A model generated the notes under the pieces. The model saw nothing but the letters and a program-made list of their open reading frames with translations, was not told the origin of the DNA and ran no database searches. Of a stretch of 64,000 nt of DNA, positions 55,355 through 64,000 are shown piece after piece. Within the stretch, counting starts at the first letter, position 1, and every line of letters starts with the position of its first letter. A program made the position numbers and the translations under genes. This DNA comes from the human T2T-CHM13v2.0 reference genome, Homo sapiens, in assembly GCF_009914755.1 (NCBI RefSeq), contig NC_060945.1; one strand, written 5' to 3'.

Positions 55355-56450
55355 GGAGTATTACTGAATTTAGTAAAACAGTTCCTCCTTTTCCTATAGT
55401 AGCACAAGTTTGAACGTCACTAAGTTGGGATGCATTTGCCTATCAACTGCCTTGCTATACCACCAATCAATCTCCCTCAAACACACAGAGATATTTAGCT
55501 TAGGTAGCTAAATCTGGTTGGTTATTTAGATTTCTTCTCTCTGATGAACTTGACTTTCAGGCTAGAGAAATTACAGGGAAAGGGGAAGTAGCTAAACAAT
55601 ACTTTAAAGAGAATCAGACAAACTAACAAGTAGAAAATTTTAAGGAAAAATAGGATCTCATTCTTTAGGAAGTCAAAGAAACCTGAGAAAAGAACGTACT
55701 AAAGATTGAAAATAAAAACCTGAAGAATACAACAGCTGGATACAAAGTATAATAGGGAACTGCAGACTGATTTGAACTGACAAAGAGAAAAGATATATGG
55801 GGAGTGAGTAGGGGAGGAAAATATAAATAGGCAGATCCCCAGGTCTAAATATTGTATCTTACTAGGAATGACTACTACTAATCATACCAGTTTTGAAAAT
55901 ATTCTAACATTAAAAAATATTCATTTTTTTATAAAGAAAAATACTGAACTATTTACCGGAGAAGACTTGTTTGCAATTTACTTTAAAATGCTTCACTGTA
56001 GAAAGTATGAAATGTGATGTGCAGTTAGCTTACTCTCTGCCCTTGGTGTGATGGATTGCCCCAATCAGGAATCCACATCCCAAGCCCCTGCATCCTGCAG
56101 TGACTGGCTAAAGCAAAAACATCTGCCTTCTGTATCTTAAGAAACACATGGCTTCCTAATTAGCATTATGAATTTAAGAAAATGGGATTATATTGGTGAA
56201 TTTTGAAGGTCATTCACATAATAGATGCTAGAAAACTATTCTCACTGAAGAAAATTGGAAGTATTCAAGATTTATTGACTGACAAAAATATTCTAGATGC
56301 TTTTTTCCATCTTTCCATTAAAATCTAAGTGAGAAATCAAAAAGACTTTCCTTGCAGCTGATAAACAGATCCTATTTACTTTACTGGATGATAAACAGAA
56401 TGGAATAAGGTGATTAGGGGAACAAAGAATACTGAGAAAAAGCCTGTGGT

Positions 56451-56655
56451 CTTAAACACAAGTTAGCAAGCAATTAACACAGCTCCAAAGAATTCCAACT
56501 GGGCACGGTTTTAGGTCAAGCTCAAGGCCTTGGATGGATCCTGGTTGGGTTAACTTAATCTTCAAGTTAGTAAACAATTAACAGAGCCCCAAAGAAGTCC
56601 AACCGGGCAGGTGTTTTAGGTCAAGCTCAAGGCCCTGGTTGGGTCTGGGTTGGGC
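56451..56655. repeat. Tandem duplication, 2 x about 104 bp
   Basis: caagttag..a.caattaaca.agc.ccaaagaa.tccaac.gggca...gttttaggtcaagctcaaggcc occurs twice. Confidence 0.92.
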
Positions 56656-56824
56656 TCTGAGATGACATCATTTCAGTTTTGCACTTAAAAAGTTTGATCC
56701 CAGGTCTTCTGAACACCACGAATCAGCAAGCCTGGTCCTCTACTCTACTTTAGGACTAGCATCCCCTGAATTGCAGAGTCTCTCCTCTGTAATTAATTGC
56801 CCATGTTCCCCACTCTCACTATGC

Positions 56825-57058
56825 CAGGGGCTGTCAAACTATAGCAGGCAAACACAATAAATCTGGCTTTAGTCTCTTCTAGTATGATGTGCAATCTAAG
56901 AATAAATTTTACATTTTTAAATGGTTACATTTTAGAAGAATTAAATTTTAAATCATTATATGAGTACCTGCTTATTCTCCTTGAATTTTCTTCCTGGCTC
57001 ACAAAGCCTAAAATATTTACTATCTAGCCCTTTACAGGATACTGTTTGCCAGTGCCTG
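56825..57058. mobile_element. MER58-family MITE (hAT-Charlie)
   Basis: caggggctgtcaaac...gtttgccagtgcctg ends; perfect 8-bp TSD CACTATGC. Confidence 0.9.
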
Positions 57059-57274
57059 CACTATGCTGATAAGTAGGGTTAAGTCACAGCATAACCCAAG
57101 GCTGGACCGGCTCAAGGAGAACAAAAGGACCCTATCTATACACTAATGGAGCTGCAGGAACTGGCCAACATAAACTTGCAGGAGCTGATAGAGCACATGA
57201 GGGCCAAAGCCTAAAGATGCTAGATCAAAGGAACTCTCCAAAAACTGAAAAGGGATATGAGCCCTTGTACTTTG

Positions 57275-57835
57275 GCTTAATTTTCTATTACAGTGGCAGC
57301 AAATTGTCACAAACTGGAAGAGTTAAAACAACACAAATTTACTATCTTACAGTTCTATGGGTGAGTAGCTGCATATATGTCCTGTGGACTAAAATCAAGA
57401 TGCTGTCAGGGCTGCATTATTTTCTAGTGCTCTAGGGAAGAATGCATTTTTCTGGCCTTTTCCAAGTTTCAGAAGATGCCCACATTTCTTGGCTCATGGC
57501 CTCCTTCCTCCATCTTCAAAGCCAGCTAGCTTGCATCTTTTCAAAGGTGCTTCCTCATGATCTCTCTCCATATTCAAAGCCAGCTAGCTTGCATCTTTTC
57601 AAAGCTGCTTCCTCACGATCTCTCTCTCTCTCTCTTCTCCACAAATATGAAAGATTCTTTGTACCTACATGAATAGTTTGGCCCCACCAAGATAATCCAA
57701 GATAATCTTCACATATCAAGGTCCTTAACCTTAATCCTATGTGCAAAATCCTTTTGCTACATATGATAACATATTCATCAATTCTGCAGATTTGAGCATA
57801 GATGTCTCTGGGGGCCCTTTATTCAGCCTAACACA
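57275..57835 (-). mobile_element. MLT1D-like LTR with internal 58-bp duplication
   Basis: aaacaacacaaatttactatcttacagttct...ccaagataatccaagataatct...ttattcagcctaacaca. Confidence 0.85.
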
Positions 57836-57879
57836 TCTTTGCTTGTTTTGGGAGATTTGAAATGTAGTAATTTTTTATT

Positions 57880-58840
57880 TACTTCAGAGGGAATATTCAA
57901 ACATAACCCAGACTACTGAAAATTTCACTAAGGTGATATATCCTTGAATTGATCTGAACCAGATGAGCAAAAGTATTAAATAATGTGCTGGGCTTGGTAA
58001 GACAACATGCACCCTAGAAAGTGAGAGATAAACACATGTGGCTTCAGAGTAGTGAGGTAACTTTGTAATTGAGTATCCCTGCCTCAAAATGCATTTTAAA
58101 ACTCATTTTCTTTTCTTGCTTTCAGCCTTGAAACATACTTGAATATTTTTGTTTCTCCCTTTCCCACCAGGCACTTCTGTGAACAGTGCTTGCTTGCCTA
58201 ACTATATGCTTGCTTAGAAATTCCAGGGGTCAATTTTGAAACAAACCAGGCAAAAATATTCAGCTGTAGAATCCTATCACTTAGTGGGGGTTAGGGAGAG
58301 TTAGCCCACCTACACCCCACTGAAGTCAGGATTGCCTGATCAGGACTTCCAGAGGGGCAATTACTCAAGATAACCACGGAAATGACACATAGACCTGCGC
58401 CACTCCTTTCCCCCACTTTTTGCTCCCACACTTTTTGCTCCTTAAACCCCTTCACTCAGCCCCCAAATTTGGAAGCTCATGCTTTGAAGGCAGTCTGGCG
58501 ATTCCCCCACTGCTAGATTTGAGTAATAAAACTGCTTTTCTTTCACCACACCTCACGTAGGTTTTCAGCATCTGTGGGGCAAACAGCCAGGCTTGAGCCA
58601 GTTACAAGTTTATGGTCAATGGATGAAAAAAAGGGAAAGCCCAGGCTCGGTTCATTAACTGATACGAGTAAGCTCAGTATTCATATTAGAGAAGGAAGTA
58701 AATGGAGGCTGGTCTACAGCCCCATCGGGTGTGGTCATGAAATAAAGCAGTGAGGAGAAATTATCTCATTAAGCAGAGCTTTTGGTGGTATACATGGATG
58801 GACAACTAATCTGGGTATAAAGAAAAGTGGCCAAGTTCTA
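57880..58840 (+). mobile_element. ERVL internal pol remnant (RT and RNase H pieces), split by an LTR
   Basis: ccagatgagcaa...ttggtaagacaacatgca...gagataaac and gaggctggtctacagcccc...gcagagctt...gaaaagtggcca resemble decayed HERV-L pol. Confidence 0.55.
58064..58606 (+). mobile_element. MER66-like solo LTR (ERV1)
   Basis: tgtaattgagtatcc...gaaattccaggggtcaattttgaaacaaaccaggc...gttaca; flanks ACTT / AGTT. Confidence 0.75.
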
Positions 58841-59851
58841 GTTCTCTTAAAACTGGACAAGCCCCCTGCACTGCATCCTATGTCCCCTGCTGATAAAAAA
58901 CTAAAATTCAATTGAGAACTCTGAGAAGTTAAACTCAAGTGGGCAGATTGTAAAGGGAACCTAAAAGCTAAAGAAGCAGTCTGCAAAGGGACGAATTTCC
59001 AGATTTTTCTTCTCATTTTAGCTCTCATAACTTGATTCCCAAGGGTGGGATTCAGTCACATTGCTGATCAGGGGAACAATGGTGTAGAAGGCTAAAACAC
59101 TGATGTATACCCTATTTTTCTGGACAACAGGATAAGATAAAAGGTCCCCTGTTGCCTGGAGAGTGAAAGGTAGGGATCCTGGAAGGGGAACAGTTGGAGA
59201 AAGGGATTCCTTAATTCTGCATATAAACCACACAAGTCTCTAGGCTATCCCAGAGCATGCATTGGACAGACTCCAAAACAACACTGCAAAGGTTTTGAGA
59301 ATTGAACTAAAATTTGAGTTGCCATCCCAAACTCAGATTTACCCCTGAATGGCACACACATGAGACAAGCTCAAAGCAGAGTGACAAGGGCTTTGAAAAA
59401 TAAATAAGATCTAGACAATGGTCAAAGTTACAATTACCCCCTGAGTAACACTTGCACATGATAGATCCAAAGCAGCATAACAAAGGCTCTCCAAACTGCA
59501 CTGGGATTGAAACTATCACTTACAGAAAGCAAGATACAACTTGTGACTTAAACCTATAAGGATTTATGCACAAAATGAATAAATAATAATAAAAAAATTC
59601 TCCAGGATGTTATAAATGTACCCAGAATATACACAAAATCCAAAATCATTAGATATACAAAGAACCAGAAAAATTTTATCAAAGCTCAAGGAAATATCAA
59701 TCAACATAGGCCAGCTGTAAGATATTTTAGTTATTGGAATGATCAAATCAGTTATTTAAAGCAGCTATTTTATTATTGTAGTATATATACCACATGAAAT
59801 AATTTAAGCACACTTGGATGTTTTTTATAACAAAAAAATTAAAACTTACCT

Positions 59852-61239
59852 TGAGAGGTGACAGCTTGCTGGCAGCGCTCACAGCCCTGGCTCGCTCTGG
59901 GCGCCTCCTCGGCCTTGGCGCCCACTCTGGCTGCGCTTGAGGAGCCCTTCAGCCCGCGGCTGCACTGCGGTAGCCACTTTCTGGGCTGGCCAAGGCCGGA
60001 GCCGGCTCCCTCAGCTTGCGGGGAGGTGTGGAGGGAGAGGCGTGGGCGGGAACCGGCGCTTGCCGGCCAGCGCGAGTTCCAGGTGAACGTGGGCTCGGCA
60101 GGCCCGGCACTCGGAGCGGCCGGCCGGGGCAGTGAGGGGCTTAGCACCTGGGCCAGCAGCTGCTGTGCTCGATTTCTCGCCGGGCCTTAGCTGCCTCCCC
60201 GCGGGGCAGGGCTCGGGACCTGCAGCCCGCCATGCCTGAGCCTCCCCCTAACCCGCCGTGGGCTCCTGCGCCGCGTGAGCCTCCCCTACGAGCACCGCCC
60301 CCTGCTCCACGGCGCCCAGTCCCATCGACCGCCCAAGGGCTGAGGAGTGCGGGCGGACCGGGCGGGACTGGCAGGCAGCTCCACCTGCGCCGGTGCGGGA
60401 TCCACTAGGTGAAACCAGCTGGGCTCCTGAGTCTGGTGGGGACTTGGAGAACCTTTATGTCTAGCTAAGGGATTGTGAATACACCAATCGACACTCTGTA
60501 TCTAGCTCAAGGTTTGTAAACACACCAATCAGCACCCTGTGTCTAGCTCAGGGATTGTGAATGCACCAATAGGCACTCTGTATCTAGCTCAAGGTTTGTA
60601 AATACACCAATCGACACTCTGTATCTACCTAATCTAGTGGGGACATGGAGAACTTTTGTGTCTAGCTCAGGGATTGTAAACACACCAATCAGCACCCTGT
60701 CAAAACGGACCAATCAGTTCTCTGTAAAAGAGACCAAGCAGCTCTCTGTAAAATGGACCAATCAGCAGGATGTGGGTGGGGCCAGATAAGAGAATAAAAG
60801 CAGGCTGCCCCAGCCAGCAGTGGCAACGTGCTGGGGTATCCTTCTCCAATGTGGGAGGTTTGTTCTTTTGCTCTTTGCAATAAATCTTGCTGCTGCTCAC
60901 TCTTTGGGTCCACACTGCCTTTATGAGCTGTAGCACTCACTGGGAAGGTCTACAGCTTCACTCCTGCAGCCAGCGAGACCACGAACCCACCGGGAGGAAC
61001 AAACAACTCCAGACGTGCCACCTTAAGAGCTGTAACACTCACCGCGGAGGTCTGCAGCTTCACTTCCTGAGCCAGCGAGACCACGAACCCACCAGAAGGA
61101 AGAAACTCCGAACACATCCGAACATCAGAAGGAACAAACTCCAGACACGCCACCTTTAAGAACTGTAACACTCACTGCCAGGGTCCGCGGCTTCATTCTT
61201 GAAGTCAGTGGGACCAAGAACCCACCAATTCCGGACACA
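59852..61239 (+). mobile_element. LTR12C-like solo LTR (ERV9)
   Basis: tgagaggtgacagc...cccaccaattccggacaca, 1388 bp; flanks ACCT / ACCG; CpG-rich 5' part, tandem enhancer repeats and 3' repeats. Confidence 0.95.
60459..60830 (+). promoter_or_regulatory. ERV9 enhancer/promoter
   Basis: Five 41-bp CCAAT-containing units (60459-60622 and 60660-60700), then CCAAT boxes, GGGTGGGGC, AGATAA and an AATAAA-type TATA at 60793-60798. Confidence 0.75.
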
Positions 61240-61559
61240 ACCGAATGGGTCCAATAGTAGAAACTAAATTTTTAAAAAATTGTGGGTGATTTGAAAGTAG
61301 ATTCATAGCTACCATGTAACCTGACAACAGCGATTTTAAACATTGAGTAACAAATAAGAATAACAACAATAAATGGAAAAAAACCCAGAGAGCCTCACAT
61401 GGGGCAAAATCAAATGGTCTGATGTAAGTGTCTTTTGAGACCAGAAGGAGAGAAGAAAGCAATTGGGGAAAAAAAACAGAACTCACAGACCTTTTCCATT
61501 TTAAGTTCACTGTTTACATCTCATCCTGCAGTCCCAAGTAATCACAAGGGAGGCTGCAG

Positions 61560-62660
61560 ACTGGCTAGCCTCTGACGTTAGTAGGACCCAGAGCAAGAAT
61601 ATAAATGTAGGGGCCTACGTTTTATATGGTTACATGTCTAAAATTGATAAACCTAGCCAAAAGATTGTTGAGTAAGATGAGATTTAGCCTCTCACCTTGA
61701 GAATTATACATTACAGGACAGTTCTCCAGATGGCCTTAGTACCAACTCTGTTTACTCCTTTTCTCATTTGTAGTTCTCAAGAATAACCATAGAACATGTG
61801 GAAGTAGTTGGAACAGCCCAGGTTCTGTTCTAGTCTCTCCTGAGAACAGGTTGTCCTACAGTGTTTTAGGCTAGCGTGTCATATTACGCTCAGGGTGCAA
61901 AACCCAGGAAGGGTTGTTTTCCATGATCCCTCATCTGTGGCGCAAATGGGGCCCGTACAGATGACTCCATCTGACCTGAGTAGATTTCCCAAGGCTTGGG
62001 GCACCAGGTCTCAATGAATCCTGGACTTTTCTTGTCCATTGCTATCTATAAGTAATAAACCTACTTTACATAACTTGTTATAGGTGTGTGTGTTCTATCT
62101 CACCAGACACAAACAAACTGGTAACCAGTGCACGGTGAACTTGCTTCACATACGTAAATAACAACATATAAGGACATAACTTGAGACTTCTGTGACTCCT
62201 CAGAATTTTGTCCAGGATCTTGGTAGTGCAGAGAAAGTATACCACCCTCCCACCCTTTTCTAATGGGCATGGGTTCACCCCATTTATTTTCCTACACCTG
62301 TCTCTGTTTTGCATAATAAGGACTCTAAAAAACACCTGTGCAGATACTCCAGCCTCCAACCATATCCTATGTAAAGAGCCAAATCTTGGCACCCCTTTGT
62401 CCTAGGGGCGCACATACTCTCTGTTGGATTGTCCTTAAGAGGACAGCTCCATAAGGCCTGCATAATCTCTGGGGCAGTCATGGGTTGATCTGAATAGGAA
62501 ATTCCAAGATGCTGGGTAGCATGGATGAGACAGCAGATGTGGGCTAAGGACATTCCTTTAGAATCTGTAAAGCCTTTACCCCATAAGGAGCATGGTCAGC
62601 AGTGGCCAGGACTGGGCCTTGAAAATACAGGGCTCAAGCCAGCAGTCTTTCCCCCATTTA
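61560..62660 (+). mobile_element. MER115/Zaphod-like hAT-Tip100 element, split by an LTR
   Basis: cccagagcaagaatataaatgtaggggccta...ctcaccttgagaattatac, resuming gactcctcagaatt; ends approximate. Confidence 0.55.
61709..62150 (+). mobile_element. LTR32/LTR42-like ERVL solo LTR
   Basis: ttacaggacagttctccagatggcctt...tgtagttctcaagaataac...agtaataaacc...gtgaacttgcttcaca. Confidence 0.75.
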
Positions 62661-63734
62661 AGGGTGCAACAGGATGATGAATTTTTTTGCCTGGGCATTT
62701 TCTCAAAATAAACTTTAAGTTCTGTTACAGTGAGAAAGCAGAAAATTTTAAGAAGTCAGAAGACTACAGTATCTGTGATAGAATTCAGAAACGGTCATTA
62801 TTTCTGTCCTATTTGACACTGCATAATCACTTTTATCAACAGTATATTTTGATTAAATTTTCAACAAGTTTAGAAAAAATTATTTCTATAAAAGATTAAG
62901 GTATTAAACCTCAGACAAGCCCATGCAGTGCCCAAAGTCTCATGCATGCTCTAGTTGTTGGACTCCTAAAATGAGTTACTCCCTTCTTTGTTAATTGTAG
63001 TACATATTAAGTAATTCCATATATGAAATGTGAAAATCAAAAGCAAATAATGAATGTGAAGAATATAAAAGCTTATTATTTGGCCTTCATCAACACAGTT
63101 TCATGCATTTAGCAAGCACTAAGTAGATATTTAGTAAACAACTGGATTTTGGTATTATATTGAATGAAAATAGGAATCAGAATGATTCTAAAGTATGACT
63201 AGAATCTCCATGCTTTGGGTCTTTTTTATTATAAAATTTTTATATGATAAAATTCAGGAGATACTGTTAGAGATTTTAAGAGTAAATGTGAGTAATAACA
63301 ACAAAGATATTTTCTGAATGGAATCTTGTGTCTTTGCCACTCTACATTTGATTTATTTGTATGAGTTAGTCACTGATGGTTCTCAAATTAAAAATATTGT
63401 TATATTTTCCAAAATTTTATAAGGAATAAATATACCTAATTATACAGAATTTAATTGTCTTTTCTGAGATTACACAGAAAGTGAGTTTTAGAACTGTAAT
63501 TAGAATCTTTAACGTGTTTTGGTCCATTTGTACTGTGGGCCAAAGTATCTTGCAAGTTTAAAGATTTAGATAGGTCAGTGTTAATGAGAGGAAAATAAGG
63601 TTGTTATCAATAAGGTTGATAATAAAACGATAATAGGAAAATAAGGTAGGCTGGAGAGCGGAGCAGTCCAGATAATCACAAACTTTAAAAAAATAGAAGA
63701 CAGCTCCAAATAGCATGTATAGTCTAAAAGATTT

Positions 63735-63945
63735 AGCTATGATTGTACCATTGCACTACAGCCTGGGCAACAAAGGGCATATTCATACAAACGGAACAAT
63801 GTTATTTTATCAAGGTATTAGATTATCATCCAAAACACATATGGTTGAAGTATCAACTCTGGTAAGGATGCTATGGGCCAGAGAATACAAAGTAAGTGAG
63901 ACTCTGTCTGAAAAAAAAAAAAAAAAAGAAAGAAAGAAAAAGAAA
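63735..63945 (+). mobile_element. Short Alu 3' fragment split by a non-Alu insert
   Basis: agctatgattgtaccattgcactacagcctgggcaacaaag, then about 119 bp of other sequence, then agtgagactctgtct and poly-A/(GAAA)n. Confidence 0.8.
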
Positions 63946-64000
63946 GGCAATAACACAAACAAAAATGCCCTATGGTCATAAGTCCTTAGGACAGAGGGAG

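Larger units (their letters stand above)
58950..61490 (+). mobile_element. Old L1M 5' region/ORF1, split by LTR12C
   Basis: aatccaaaatcattagatatacaaagaaccagaaaa...tttaaagcagctatt at left; ccagaaggagagaagaaag at right. Confidence 0.6.

Noticed and set aside
60459-60700. CRISPR-like array
   Set aside because: Head-to-tail 41-bp units without unique spacers; this is the known ERV9 enhancer repeat.

Overview
This window is AT-rich, gene-poor primate genomic DNA. An AluYe-type element and an LTR12/ERV9 LTR point to human or another ape. I see no supportable protein-coding gene, RNA gene, CRISPR array or prokaryotic system. The supplied ORFs are chance ORFs or decayed pieces of Alu, L1 ORF2, MaLR internal sequence and LTR12. 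A large part of the window is recognisable transposon: 11 near-complete Alus plus one split Alu fragment, a 3.6 kb L1PA15/16-like LINE, several old L1M pieces, DNA transposons (MER20, Tigger3a, Tigger4b, MER58, MER115, MER5) and about 20 LTR elements. The most notable structures are: (1) a nested pair of full-length THE1 proviruses plus an Alu at 42.5-47.4 kb; (2) a CpG-rich, intact-looking LTR12C promoter/enhancer at 59.9-61.2 kb; (3) a solo LTR with two exact NF-kB sites and a TATA box at 24.7-25.1 kb; (4) a 72-nt fold-back hairpin built inside an Alu at 25.87-25.94 kb, next to an inverted Alu; (5) several small duplication or templated-insertion scars; (6) two TE-free, CpG-retaining patches that may be regulatory. 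I found no convincing evidence of a new biological system. Subfamily names come from recalled consensus sequences and need RepeatMasker/Dfam confirmation. Boundaries without target-site duplications (TSDs) are approximate.
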